Source of the DNA: Chiloscyllium plagiosum
Taxonomy: Eukaryota
Length of the DNA: 54,231 bases
Direction: 5' to 3'
NCBI RefSeq assembly: GCF_004010195.1
Contig: NC_057718.1
Span: 7,272,110-7,326,340 of the forward strand
Of the stretch, positions 23,066 through 36,249 are shown in pieces. How positions within the stretch are numbered: the first letter of the stretch is position 1; the number at the start of each line of letters is the position of its first letter. The notes below the pieces were generated by a model. It did no database searches, was not told the origin of the DNA, and was given only the letters and a program-made list of their open reading frames with translations. The position numbers were made by a program, and so were the translations under genes.

Positions 23066-23727
23066 AAAAAAAAATCAGTGGCAGCAAAAGAATTGTGTAT
23101 TTCTTTGCAAGTGGTTATAAAGATATCAGTGATGAGAGAGGATAAGGTTTTGGTTAACTAGGTAGGGCAGCTGGAGACTAGAAGTCATATGATCAAGTCT
23201 CCAGAAACATGTCCAACCAGAGTTGATGACCTCCGTTGGATTCATCAGACTTTCAGCTCCCTCCATTTCAACCTGGCCAGATACTGAGGACTCAGGCCTC
23301 TTATTCTGTAAGTTTTATTCATTCATGGGATGTGGGTGTCAATGGCTGGGCCAGCATTTATTGCCAATCTCTAACTGGCCTGGAGAAGATGGTGATGTGC
23401 AGTCTATGCAGTGGTGGCCATGAGTAGTCGAAAATGGGTTGGCTGTGTGGAAGGCAACTCATCCCTTGACAGGATGTGAAATAGGGGAGTGGAGTAGTAG
23501 ATGTGGAAGATGGCGTTCATGCTCTGAAATTGTTAAACTGGACGTTGAGTTCTGAAGGCTGCGAGGAACTGCTTCTTCCATGTCTATTACTGAAATAAAG
23601 CTGGCTTGATGGGCTAACTCTGCTATAGTGTTTCCATCAGCCTGCTGCCCTTGAGTTTAGAGATGGCTGTCAGGGTGGGAGAGGCAGAAACCCTCATTAC
23701 ATCGAAGAAGTACTTAGATCTGGAACA

Positions 23728-23900
23728 AGAAGGAAAGAACTGCGGATGCTGTAAATCAGAAACGAAAACAGAAATTGCTGGGGAAGCTCAGCAGGTCTGG
23801 CAGCATCTGTGGAGAGAAATCAAAGTTAATGTTTCTGTGATATATGCTTCTCTGATTTCTTCCAGACCTGCTGGACTTTTCCAGCAATTTCCGTATTTAG
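23728..23900. mobile_element. PLE-derived palindromic mini-element
   Basis: gaaattgctggggaagctcagcaggtctgg / ccagacctgctggacttttccagcaatttc. Confidence 0.75.
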
Positions 23901-24294
23901 CTGTGCACTTGCGATGCCAAGGCATACAGGGCCTATGCTGGAAAATGGGATTAGAAGAGTCAGGTGTCTGTTTTTGACCAATGTAGACTCGATGGGCTGA
24001 AGAGCCTTGTTCCTTGCTGTAGACCTCTCTGACTCTGTGGTAGAGGCCGAGGGTTTGAAAAGTCCTGTCAAAGGACAGATCTGGAAGGAGGTCCAGAATC
24101 AAAGTTACGATTAACAACACAGTGATGCGCAATCTGATCTCTGACCTCCAAAGGAAAAAAATACAGCAACAAAAGTGGGTGATTAAATTCTTCCCAAATT
24201 GGACTCATCAGTGAAACATGTAACGCCTTTGTGCACTGTTACATTCTGCCCTTCCCCCTGCTCCCCCCGCCCCCCCCCAACACTAAGACAACTG

Positions 24295-24535
24295 ACAGGA
24301 TGTGCGGTGACTCAGCATCATTTGTGAATGAGATTTCTGGAAACCACGTAATATTGTGGGAGGCAGGGTGCTACGTGAGGTCACACAGCTAATGAATATG
24401 TTTGGATATGTTTGCGCGACTGAGTCTGCCCTCTCCCATGCAGTTGCCCCCGGAGTGTTTTGTTAAAACAAATAAAAGTACAATTTAGCTGATCTGCTGG
24501 TTCACAGAAATCTGTTTTCCTCCCACGTATTTTAT
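24295..24535. promoter_or_regulatory. Candidate intronic enhancer (ARE/NF-E2, HRE cores, Fox-like sites)
   Basis: GTGACTCAGCA at 24307-24317; TACGTG cores at 24345-24350 (-), 24372-24377 (+) and 24524-24529 (-); TGAGGTCA at 24376-24383; tandem ATATGTTTG; non-repetitive context. Confidence 0.35.
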
Positions 24536-24821
24536 GCTGCTTGCTTGGCATGTTTACCTTTAATCTGCAGGTGCCAATGACAATTGAGGTACATTGAGTT
24601 GTTAACTGCTCTTCTAAAGCCCGACTGTGGATCTCCTGTTACTTGTTTCTTGGACGTGGAGATTGTGACTCAGAATCACCAAACTTTTACAGTGGGAGAA
24701 AGAGGCCATTCTGCTCATCATGTCTATACCAACTCTTTTACCTCGTGTCAGTTTCCTGGCTTTTCCCCATATCCTTGCACACTATTCCGATCCAACAAAA
24801 ACCATCCACTGCCCTCTTAAA

Positions 24822-25845
24822 GTCATAGAGTCATAGAGATGTACAGCACGGAAACAGACCCTTCGGTCCAACTCGTCCATGCCGACCAGATATCCCAACC
24901 CAATTTAGTCCCACCTGCCAGCACCTGGTCCATTTCCGTCCAAACCCTTCCTATTCACATGCCCATCCAGCTGCCTTTTAAATGCTGTATTTGTACCAGC
25001 CTCCACCACTTCCTCTGGCAGCTCATTCCATACATGTACCACCCTCTGTGTGAAAACATTACCCCTTAGGTCTCTTTTATATCTTTCCTCTCTCACCCTG
25101 AATCTATGCCCTCCAGTGTTGGAATTCCTCTACCACATTCCCAGGCAATGCATTGCATACCTTAACTTTTCGCTGTGTGAAAATGTTTTTTCCTACATCT
25201 CCCTTGCCATTTTTGCAAATCACTTGAAATCCACGCCCTTTCATTCTTGTTCCTTTCACAACTTCTCCTGATCTGCTCGATCCACACCACTCGTGATGTT
25301 GACAACCTCAATCAGATTTTCTTTCAGCTGTGTTCTCTCCGGAGACAACAGTCCCAACTTCTTCAATTTAGCCTCATAACTGAAACATCTAATCCCTGGA
25401 ACCATTCTTGTAAATTGTGTCTGCACGCTCTCCAGTGTGTTCACATTCTTTCCTGTAATTTGACACCCACAAGCGTACACAAAGCTTCAGCTGATGTACA
25501 AATGCAGTATCACCTCATTGCTGTTATACTCCATGCCCCAGTTAATAAAGCTGAGAACACTGTCTGCTTTATCGACTGCTCTGACCTAACACCTTCAGTA
25601 ATCTGTGCACATATATTCCCAGGTCCCTCTGTTCTTTCAACCCCTTTGGAATTGTACCCCCTATTTAATATGTTGTTACAGAGTCATAGAGTCATAAAGC
25701 ACTGAAACAATCCTTTCGGTCCAACCAGTCCATGTCGAACATAATCCCAAACTAAACTAGTCCCACCTGCCTGCTCCTGACCCACATCTCTCCAAACCCT
25801 TTCCTCTTCATGTACCTATCCAAATGACTTTTAAATGTTGTAACA
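24822..25845 (-). mobile_element. Cluster of CR1 fragments
   Basis: VFTQRVVHVWNELPEEVV (24905-25096), LESVQTQFTRMVPG (25256-25480), gtcataga tails. Confidence 0.85.
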
Positions 25846-26044
25846 CACACCCCACCCAATATAGAAAAAATCATTGTTCTAAATTTGTAGCTAAAAACAT
25901 CCTTGATAAATTACCATTTTAATTTCGCCTGGTCTTTATTTTTTTTCCACATTTATAACACTTCCAACTGAGGTGCATTCACAACCTTCCCACTTTAATT
26001 CCGCTGAAGGGAACACTTGCATTGTGTTACCCTCTTCTTTACAT

Positions 26045-27220
26045 GATGGAGGCTGGTACAATTACAGCATTTAAAAGGCACCTGGAAAGGTATAATAATA
26101 GGAATGTTTTAGAGGGATATGGGCCAAGTACTGGCAAATGGGACTAGATTTGTTTAGGATATCTGGTTGACATGAATGAGTTGGACCGAAGGGTCTGTTT
26201 CTATGCTGTGCATCTCTATGATTCTATAACTACCCTATCCTTACCCTATCTCATCCACTGCCTTTCATCATTTATGTAAATGATTTGGATGTGAACATAG
26301 GAGATATAGTCAGTAAGTTCGCAGATGACACCAAAATTGGAGGTGTAGTGGACAGCGAAGAAGGTTACCCCAGAGTACAACGGGATCTTGATCAGATGGG
26401 CCAATCGACCGAGGAGTGGCAGATGGAGTTAAAATGAGATAAATGTAAGGTGCTGTATTTTGGAAAGACAAATCAGAGCAGGACTTATACACTGGGAAGT
26501 GTTGCTGAACAGAGACCTTAGAGTGCAGGTTCATAGCTCCTTGAAAGTAGAGTCAGAGGTAGATAGGATAGTGAAGAAGGTGTGTGTATGCTTTCCTTTA
26601 TTGGACAGAGCATTGAGTATAGGAGTTGGGAGGTCATGTTGTGGATGTACAGGACATTGGTTAGGCCACTGTTGGAATATTGCGTGCAATTCTGGTCTCC
26701 TTCCTATTGGAAGGATGTTGTGAAACTTGAAAAGGTTCAGAAAAGATTTACAAGGATGTTGCTAGGGTTGGAGGATTTGAGCTATAGGGAGAGGCTGAAC
26801 AGGCTGAGGCTGTTTTCCCTGGAGCTTCAGAGGCTGAGTGGTGACCTTATAGAGGTTTATAAAATCATGAGGGGCATGGATAGGATAAATAGACAAGGTC
26901 TTTTCCCTGGGGTGGGGAAGTCCAGAATTTGAGGGCATAGGTTTAGGGTGAGAGGGGAAAAATTTAAAATGGACCTCCAGGGCAAATGTTTAATGCAGAG
27001 GGTGGTACGTGTATGGAATGAGCTGCCAGAGGAAGTGGTGAAGGCTGGTACAATTGCAACATTTAAAAGGCATCTGGATGGGTATATGAATAGGAATGGA
27101 GGGATATGGGTCACATGCTGGCAAATGGGACAGATTAGGTTGGGATATCTGGTTGGTATGGATGCATTGGATTGAACAGTCTTTTTCCGTGCTGTATATC
27201 TATATGATTATGATTCTATG
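26045..27220 (+). mobile_element. CR1/HER1 (short 3' end plus ~950-bp RT C-terminus to tail)
   Basis: KFADDTK motif at ~26315; LVRPLLEYCVQFWSP; RVVRVWNELP; tatgat tail. Confidence 0.93.
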
Positions 27221-29039
27221 ACCCTAACTACTGTGCAAAAGCACGCTTCGACTGCAGGCTGTGGTCAGCTTTCTGTTCTTAAAAGCAGTCTGTCCATTTC
27301 AATAGAAAGTTGCATTGAATTGAAGAGGTGATAGTGGAGTGGTAACTGGGCTAGTAATGCAACCACCCCAGGCCAATAATTCACAGGAATGGGTCGGAAT
27401 CCCACTATAGCAGATGGTCAATAAAAATTCTGGAATTAAAAGCTCATCTAATGGTGATCTCCTGCTCCTCGGATGCTGCCTGATCTTCTGTGCTTTTCCC
27501 CTTGACTCTGGTCTCCAGCATCTGCAGTCCTCACTTTCTCCTAATAGTGCCCCTTCTCAATTACTGTAGGAACCCTTCCTGTTCATCAATGCTCATTGGG
27601 GAGATCAAATCTGCTGACTTTCCCCGGCTTTACCCACATGTCAATCCAAAGCCACAGCAATGTGGTTGACAGCCAACTGCCACACAGGACAATTAGGGAA
27701 GACCAATAAATATTGGCTCAGCCAGCGATGGCTGTGTCCCATGAAAAGAAAATGAGTCTCCTGAATCCTATTGTTAAAATTCTAAACCAGAGAAATAGAA
27801 GGTCAGGGAGTGGACAGGGCTCCTGGGACACAGATGCAATGTTGGAGGCCTTCCTGGTTAAGAGAGAGAGAGAGAGAGAGAGATGGACTGGAGGAGTTAC
27901 ATGTAGAAGGATGAAGGGAACAGACACAAAGGAACACCACCGTCCACAATTTCCCCTTCCAATCGCACATCATCCTGACCAAAACATATGTTGCCACTTC
28001 TTTATCATCACCAGGTCAAAATTCAGATTGAATATCACTGCCCCACACAGACTGCAACAGTCATAGAAGGCAGCCCATGACATCCACCTTCAGCTAGGGA
28101 TGGGTAATGCATACTGTCCTTGACAATGGTACTCAGAACCCATGAAGAGGCAAAAAGAAATAAATGATTGTAGTCATCATGGCACCTTAAAATGTTCCAG
28201 AATCTCAAAGAAATGCTAATCATTGACCAGGCAAAAGAAGCCCTGCCTTTCCTACCTAATAGTTTTGGACAACATCTGATGTTCTCACCAAGACGTGTTG
28301 ACCAGCTACCGTAAGGCCTAGTGACATCAATGTGGTTCCCTGGTAGCCTTCAGACTCTGTGAGAGGAGACAGTGACTCTGAGCTGGAACACAGGGAACAC
28401 ACAGAATGGTTGCCTCACTGATTTGCAGTACTGCTCACAAAGGACTTCTGCATCAAAACTCGTCATTTGATCAATGATTAAAGAACAAAGATCTGGGCTA
28501 AAACAAAATGTCTCACCAACTCCAGCCCAAACACAAACATCTTCAATTAACACCAATCACAGACAAACTATTAATGAGCACAGAATGTATCGCCGACAGG
28601 ACAGAAGCATTTGAAAGAGTCAATGATTAACTTTGATGCAAAGGTCTGTCTCACTGCTGGGCATTCTGTACAGTATGTTCAGGAGATCATTGCCAAGAAA
28701 GATTTACAGTTTCTTTGATTCCTGAGTTGACCCCATGCTCTCACACCCCGATTGAATTTCACCCTCAAATCTCTCGGGTGCTAACCAGACAGTGATAACA
28801 TTTTGTGGTATTAAAGCAGGTGTCTTTGCCAATGTTTTCATGGGAGTGAGAGGGACATACATTTAAGTGTCAGTTTCACCAAGTTTCCCAGAGGGTTTCT
28901 CTCCATGAGGCTGAGCCCTTTCTCTCACCATATCTTATTCGAACCTGCCTTATTAACAACCTGCACCACACCTCTTGTGCAATACTAGCCCCATCTTACT
29001 ACGTACTCTTTCCAGAACCACTCACCACTCACTGGAATC

Positions 29040-29460
29040 CATGAAGTGGAGGGGCTGGTGTTGGACTTGGGTATACAAAGTCCATGGCGCCAGCTTATAG
29101 TCCAATGGGTTCACTTGAAATCACAAGCTTTCAGATTCGCTGCTCCTTTGTCGGGTGGAGGGAAGCACACAGACACAGAATGTATAGGCAGAGAGATAAT
29201 GGTGAGATAATTCCAGGTAATTAAGAATGTCAACAGATAAGTGTAAATGGTGTGAGAGGGGTGTCAACAGCAAGTCTCTGCAGCTGATCAAAAGTGTCAG
29301 ACAGTCTGAGAAAAGTGTCATCAGCTGAATAATAAGTGAAGGGATGACCTATGAATCCATTAATTAAGGCAGAGAGACAATTTTACAAATAATCAAAACT
29401 AAGACCGTGCTAGAGACAAACCAAATGGCTGGAATCTGATGGAAGACCATTCCCTGGTCC
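29040..29460 (-). mobile_element. PLE family-C 3' end (diverged)
   Basis: Similar to the reverse complement of 8900-9022 (ggtgttggact..ttatagtccaa..gctgctcctt). Confidence 0.6.
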
Positions 29461-30089
29461 CCACACCACGTTTAAAAGACCACCATGCACCCGAGAAATC
29501 GCTGGCACATTCCTCCAAGGGCAGTCATTCCGGAAATGTCAGAGAAGAGGAAAGTGGTGTGGCATTTCTCTGAAAGGAACCCGGAGGTCCTGGTGTAAAG
29601 GGCTGGTCTAGAGGAGGTGGATTGTCTGCTTATAGAATGGGCAGAGGAAGCTATGTCAGCAGACCTTGGCAGCCTGGCCTGAAGTCACCACTGAGTCAGT
29701 GCTGTCTCCACAGTCTAGACGGATGCCCAGAAGTTCCACAAGAAGGTCAACTGCCTTTCACCGGGGTAATAGGCACCATCCCTTCTCTGCCACCTCACCT
29801 TCCACCAAAGCTCATGCCCTGCACTCTGACTATTGTCTGCAAAGTCTTTTGCTCACTCACTGTTATTCCTGTGCAAACTCCCACACCATTAAACCTTGCA
29901 CCATCTCAGCGATGCCCCCTCACTTGCCTGGGGCACCCCACCACCTGCCACCTGCCCGCACCAGCTGTGCCTCCCAATTTCCATCTCACTCAACGTCCTC
30001 CCCTTCCTTCCTCTCATTCCAGGGGAAAACACTCGGCAACAGGGTGGAAAGAGCCGGGACAGTTAGAAGGATGACCATTATCAGACACC

Positions 30090-30390
30090 GCATGCACCAT
30101 GAGAAGGAAAATTTTGGAGGAGATGTGTGAGGCAAGTTTTTTACGTAGAGTGGAGTAGGTCTCTGGAATGCACTGTTGGAAGAAGTGGTGGAAGCAGATA
30201 TGACAGCAGTGTTTACAAGGAGTTTAGATAGACACAAGGAATCAAGGAATATGTCTCATGTGCAGGCAGATGGGATTGATTTAGAATGACATCCTGGTTG
30301 GCACAGACAGGGTGGGCCGAAGGGCCTGTTGCTGTACTGTACTGTTCTATATTTCTACATTCTATGTCCAATATTCTATGTTCCATGTTC
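30090..30390 (+). mobile_element. CR1 3' end
   Basis: ttttttacgtagagtgg..tggaatgcactg..gggccgaagggcctgtt; ttctat repeats. Confidence 0.75.
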
Positions 30391-31264
30391 AATCCCTCAT
30401 GTTCTATGAAACCTGCCCCTCGCAGGAGAGGGCTAACATCTCTCCTGTGGAGATGGCGAGACATCCAAGTCCTACCAATTGAGTAAGTGCCACTCTTCAT
30501 TCCACTGCAACTCTCCCATGAACCCCACTGCCAGTGTCACTGCCTGCTCACCACCTCTGACCATCAGCCACAATGCCTCCTCCCGCCCGCGTCTTGTAGG
30601 TACTTGTGGGATATCCATTACCCTTATGGTGACCTGGGCTACTCTACCAAAGTCAGAGACTTTGTCTGCATGCACAGAGAGGAACAGGATGTGACAATAC
30701 TATGGCTTTAAGAGGTGTATTTTGTCATATTGCTTTCAATGAAGAGAGGTTGGGATAGAGGTTGAGTGGTCTGTTCCAAGTCAATAGAGCAAACAGTTTA
30801 TGAAGCCTTGTTTTTTTTTCAAAGTTGGGACAATAGGAGCAGTATAAATGAGTAGAGTCGGGCTCCCACAGATTTTAGTTTCGCTTTCTCTCTTTGTGAC
30901 AGCTAAAAACTGGGGTTCTCTCTCCGCCTCGAGAATAGCAGGTGAGATAATCAATTTTACTGATTTTACCTTCAAGGTTGTGTTAGTGGCATGTTACTAT
31001 ACTGCTGTTTAGTAGTTAAATAATCTGTTTTTCTGTTCCGTTTCCAATAGAGTGGTTTGTATTTTAACTGTAGAGTAGGAATAAAGTGGTCTGGACCACA
31101 CATGACTCCAGACCCATAGTAATGTGGTTGACTCTTAACTGCCCTCTGGGCAATTAGGAATGGGCAATAAATGTTGGGCCTAGCCAGCAATACCCTCATC
31201 CCATGAATGATATTTTAAAAAAAAAACAAGAATCCAAGATTGTTGTTCGCTCCTGCTAGATTAG

Positions 31265-32355
31265 AACTATAGACCAGTAAGCCTGACGTCGGTGGTGGGC
31301 AAGTTGTTGGAGGGAATCCTGAGGGACAGAATGTACATGTATTTGGAAAGGCAAGGACTGATTAGAGATAGTCAACATGGCTTTGTGTGTCAGAAATTGT
31401 GTCTCACAAACTTGATTGAGTTTTTTGAAGAAGTAACGAGGAGAATTAATGAGGGCAGAGCGGTGGACATGATCTATATGGACTTCAGTAAAGCAATCAA
31501 CAAGGCTCCTCATGGTAGACTGGTTAGCAAGGTTAGATCACACGGAATACAGGGAGAACTAGCCATTTGGATACAGAACTGGCTTGAAGGTAGAAGACTG
31601 AAGATGGTGGTGGAAGGTTGCTTTTCAGACTGGAGGCCTGTGACCAGTGGAGTGCCACAACGATCAGTGCCGGGTCCACTACTTTTTGTCATTTTATATG
31701 ATTTGGATGTGAACATAGGAGGTATAGTTTGTAAGTTCGCAGATGACACCAAAATTGGAGGTGTAGATTGGACCTTGATCAGATGAGCCAATGGGCCGAG
31801 GAGTGGCAGATGGAGTTTAATTTAGATAAATGTAAGATGCTGTATTTTGGAAAGGCAAATCAGAGCAGGATTTATATACTTAATGGTAAGGTTTTAGGGA
31901 GTGTTGCTGAACAAAGAGACCTTGGAGTGCAGGTTCATAGCTCCTTAAAAGTGGAGTCATGGGTAGATAAGACAATGAAGAGGGCATTATAGAGGTTTAT
32001 AAAATCATGACAGGCATAGATATGGTGAACAGCCAAGTTTTGTCTCTGAGGTGGGGGAGTTCAGAACTAGAGGACATATTTTTAAAGTAAGAGGGGAATA
32101 TTTAAAAGGCACCTGAGGGACAACGTTTTGACACAGAGGGTAGTGCATATATGGAACGAGCTGCCAGAGGAAGTGGTGGAGGCTTGTACAATTAGAGCAT
32201 TTAAAAAACATCTGGATGAGTATATGAATAGGAAGGGTTTAGAGGGATATGGGCCAAATGCTGGCAAATGGAGCTAGATTAATTTAGGATATCTGGTTGG
32301 CATGGATGAGTTGGACCGAAGGGTCTGTTTCCATACTGTACATCTCTATGATTCT
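31265..32355 (+). mobile_element. CR1/HER1 RT with an internal deletion
   Basis: ORF 31292-31786: GKLLEGILRD...YMDFSKA...SGVPQRSV...KFADDTK, followed by the 3' end. Confidence 0.95.
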
Positions 32356-33327
32356 AAGAGAAACAGCATAGTTAGAATCAAGTCACCTGACTCCTTAGAA
32401 CATGTTTACATCAAAAATGACTCAAAATTGTTTTTCTGACTCTCCTGACAGTGGTAATGAAAGTTAATCTCTATAAGGTCTCAGCTATAGATGCCTTCTC
32501 CCAATAGATCTCCATGCCATCTCTGTCCCTGTCTCCATGGACCTTTAACAACCCTTTAATATTATGGGGCACACTTAATGATTGTTCATGGCAGCGGCAT
32601 TATTTTGGTAGAGGATGACTCCTGCAATGCCTGTTGTCATTCACAATAGGAAAATTGCTTTATATATTTAAAGGTACAGGAACAATGTGAAGACAGGTTG
32701 ACATTCTCCATCATCACCAGTCAATTAGTTTGCCCAGTTCCCTTGTGGTTTAGTTTCTGTGAACAACAAAATTCAATGTTCCCGTGTTGACTAAGTTGAT
32801 AAATGTGTCTCTCAGGGTGGCATTAGCTCAGCCACCCTGGTTCAATCCCTGGTTTGTCTTGGACTGAAGTGATCTGGACAGAGGTAAGAATAAACAAGTA
32901 AAAATACTGTGGATGCTGGAGATCTGACATCAAAACAGGGAAGTGCTGGAGAAACTCAGCAGGTCTGGCCAGTATTGGTGAAGAGGGAAAGACAGTTAAT
33001 GTTTCCGAGTCCAATATGTCACCGCTTTGAAACTTAAAATAACAATGTTGGGGTTGGACCTAAATGACCTCACTGATACTGAACTAGGAAGCACAACATA
33101 TTTAGAATATAAAACACAAAACAAAGAACAGTACAGCAACGAAACAGGCTCTGTAGTCCATCATGTCTGTATTGATGGTGATGCCATTTTAAACTAAAAT
33201 ATGTATCTGCCTGTATCGATTTATCCCTCTATAGCCCATATCCCTCTATTTTCTACTATTCAGCACTTGGTCTCTGATTCCAACTCCCAACAAACCTTCA
33301 ATGTTGCTGTGACTCTTTCCTCCCATA

Positions 33328-33660
33328 GGGCAGCACAGTGGCTCAGTGGTTAGCACTACAGCCTCACGGTGAAAGGGACCCAGGCTCAATTCCACCTTTG
33401 GGTGACTGTGGAGTTTGCACATTCTCCCCATGTCTGCGTGGGCTTCCTCTGGGTGCACCAGTTTCCTCCCACAGTCCAGGGATGTGCAGGCTGGGTGGAT
33501 TGACCGTGCAAAATTGTCTGTAGTGCCCAAGGAGGTGCAGGCTCGGTGGATTGACCATGGAAAACACAGGGATGGGAGGGCTTGAGTTGGATGCTCTTCA
33601 GATGGTCGGTGTGGACTCAATGGGCTGAATGGCGTGCTTCCATACTGTAGGGATTCAATG
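33328..33660 (+). mobile_element. HE1-type V-SINE
   Basis: gggcagcacagtggctcagtggttagcact head and V core. Confidence 0.88.
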
Positions 33661-34299
33661 ATTGATAAGCTAGAAAATAGGAGGAGGAGGAAGCCATTCA
33701 GCCCTTTGCACATGCTCTGCTGTTCAATGTGATCATGGCTGATCATCCCATTCAGTAAGATGCTACTACTTCTCCACCACCACCAAGATGGAACTATATC
33801 TCAACAGCAGTCAGTGCTTTCATGATCCTTAGGGAGGGAAATAATAAAGAAACTGCTAAATTGATCTTTGTATCTCCTATGTCCTGTGCAGACGAATCAT
33901 CAGTTATAATAGAATATTGGTTAGGGATTGGTAATTAATGCTGCCTTAGCCAGCAGCACCCATGTCCCATGACTGAATAAAAGGAAGTCTCCAGGACATG
34001 ACCTTTCCTAATCCCACTGTGTCTCTTGGAGAATTTCATTTCAGGTTTTAGAAAACAGGGCTGAATATTTTGCCAGTCCCCTGGAGAAGGACTGGGAGTT
34101 GGGAATCCCAGGAAAGTGGCAGCCAGATGAGATGGGATGTGGGCAGACATCTTCCTACCCCCACCTGATGTTTACAATGGAGGGAGCAGCAACAACAATT
34201 AAATTGATTAAACAGCCACTACTTGCATCCTCTGACATTTTACTGGCCAGGAGACAGTACCTGCTCCCAGGTAAAATAGGGCATATGTCTGTCCTCAGA

Positions 34300-35235
34300 A
34301 TTGGATGTAGGTTTGCTCACTGAGCTTGAAGGTTCGTTTTCAGATGTTTCGTCACTATACTATGTAACGTCTTCAGTGAGCCTTCAGATGAAGCACTGGT
34401 GGTATAGCCCACTCTCTATTTATGTGTTTGGGTTTCCTTGGGTTGGCGATGTCATTTCCTGTTGTGACATCATTTCCTCTGGTGATGTCATTTTCTATTC
34501 GTTTTCTCAGGGCGTGGTAAATGGGATCCAAGTCAATGTGTTTGTTGTTAGAGTTCTGGTTGGAATGCCATACTTCTAGGAATTCTCGTGCGTGTCTCTG
34601 TTTGGCTTCTCCTAGGATAGATGTGTTGTCTCAGTCTAAATGATGTTCTTCCTCATCTGCACGTAAGGATACAAGTGATCGTGGGTCATATCTTTTTGTG
34701 GCTACTTGATGTTCATGTATCCTGGTGGCTAGTTTTCTGCCTGTTTGTCCAATGTAGTGTTTGTTACAATTCTTGCAAGGTATTTTGTAAATGACCTTGG
34801 TTTTGCTCGTTGTCTGTACTGGATCTTTCAAGTTCATTCGCTGCTGTTTTAGTGTGTTGGTGGATCTGTGGGCTTCCATGATGCCAAGGGGTCTGAGTAG
34901 TCTGGCAGTCATTTCTGAGATATCTTTGATATTGGAGAGAGTGGCTAGGGTTTCTGGACGTGTTTTGTCTGCTTGTTTGGGTTTGTTGCTGAGAAACCAG
35001 TGGACTGTGTTCATTAGGTACCCATTCTTTTTGAATACATTGAATAGGTGATTTTCCTCTGCTGTGCGTAGTTCCTCTGTACTGCAGTGTGTGGTGGCTC
35101 GTTGAAATAATGTTCTGATGCAGCTTCATTTGTGGATGTTGGGATGATTGCTTCTGTAGTTCAATAGTTGATCTGTACATCCGTTCAATGCATCCAGAAC
35201 CTCAACCTGAGCTACAAATCTTCTCAAAACCCGCT
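34300..35235 (-). mobile_element. Penelope-like element (family A): RT thumb and GIY-YIG, with only the tail inverted at the 5' side
   Basis: VIYKIPCKNCNKHYIGQTGRKLATRIHEH (34631-35014); hammerhead remnant 34340-34379 (tca CUGAAGA...GAAAC AUC uga); plus-strand tail catccagaacctcaacctgagctacaaatcttctcaaaac at ~35191-35230. Confidence 0.92.
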
Positions 35236-35239
35236 GTCC

Positions 35240-35730
35240 TCGGAATGTCGCAGTGTTCCAGTGAATCACAGCGCAAACTGGAGAAACAACATCTCATCTT
35301 CAGAGTAGGCTCTTTACAGCCTTCTAGGTTTAATATTGAGTTCAACACTTTTAGACTGTGAACCTTTTCCTTCCTTTCTTTTAGCGTTTTATCATGTCCG
35401 CCCTCCCCCTCATTCCACTTACTGTCTTTCAAGTTGGCCAGTTAGACACACCATTGTTCTGCCATTCTCACATTCTGATCACTTAATGTAAATTACAAAG
35501 ATCTTTTCTCCACCAGCACTCACTATCCCCACCCACCACTCCCCTGAACTACAGCATAATTGCTGTCCCTCCACACTTCACATCAGCTCTGATGAAGAGT
35601 CATCTAGACTCGAAACGTTAGCTTGCTCTCTCTCTCTCTCTCTCTCTCTCTGTGGATGCTGCCTGACCCGCTATGATTTCCAGCATTTGTCGTTTTCAGT
35701 AGAGATTCCAGCCTCTGCAGTAATTTGTTC
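35240..35730 (+). mobile_element. PLE 3' end (family D) with (CT)n
   Basis: RKLEKQHLIFRVGSLQPSRFNIEF EN terminus, then 3' UTR, hammerhead and gatgctgcctgacc motif. Confidence 0.8.
35585..35623 (+). ncRNA. Minimal type-I hammerhead ribozyme motif (PLE family D)
   Basis: agcu CUGAUGA a gaguc-aucua-gacuc GAAAC GUU agcu: 4-bp stem I, 5-bp stem II, intact core. Confidence 0.85.
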
Positions 35731-35927
35731 CAGCGGCTTCTCAACAGGATGTTGGATATGGGTTCATGATATTACCACAATATCGCCATCTACCTTTAAT
35801 TATTGTCATTCTGGTCATTCCCATCGTCATGAATATCCTGTCCACAATTCCATATTTTTTCAGATAGAACTTTCATTCTTCAGAATTAAAGCCTGAAGTG
35901 TGGAAAATTTGTGTTATTAGATTGCAA

Positions 35928-36249
35928 GAGTTGAAAAATGTGGTGCTAGAAAAACACAGCAGGCCAGGCAGCATCCGAGGAGCAGGAGAATCGACGTTTC
36001 GGGTATAAGCCCTTCTTCAGGAATGAGGCTGGTGTGCCAAGCGGGCTGGGATAAAAGGTAGGGGGGAGGGAATTTGGGGGAAGGGCGCTGGGAATACGAT
36101 ACGTGGAAGGAGGTGAGGGTGAGGGTGATAGCCCGGAGAGAGGGTGGGGGCGGAGAGGTCGGGAAGAAGATGCTGCCTGGCCTGCTGTGTTTTTCCAGCA
36201 CCACATTTTTCAACTCTGGTCTCCAGCATCTGCAGTCCTCACTTTCTCC
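35928..36249. mobile_element. PLE family-B fold-back element with a 14-bp target-site duplication
   Basis: ttattagattgcaa at 35914-35927 and 36250-36263; inverted arms; minus-strand hammerhead at 35989-36024. Confidence 0.9.

Noticed and set aside
29622..30130. Overlapping 150-154 aa Pro/Ser-rich ORFs
   Set aside because: C-rich low-complexity sequence with no domain or splice support.
30690..31085. LTR-like block starting TGTGAC
   Set aside because: No matching CA end, TSD or second copy in the window.
34058..34282. Possible Harbinger-like MITE (gggctgaat...aaaatagggc)
   Set aside because: Termini too degenerate to support by eye.
35447..35491. Plus-strand HTIVLPF resembling the start of the missing upstream AIG1 exon (HTTVLPF)
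   Set aside because: Wrong strand, stop after 14 codons and located in a PLE 3' UTR; coincidence.
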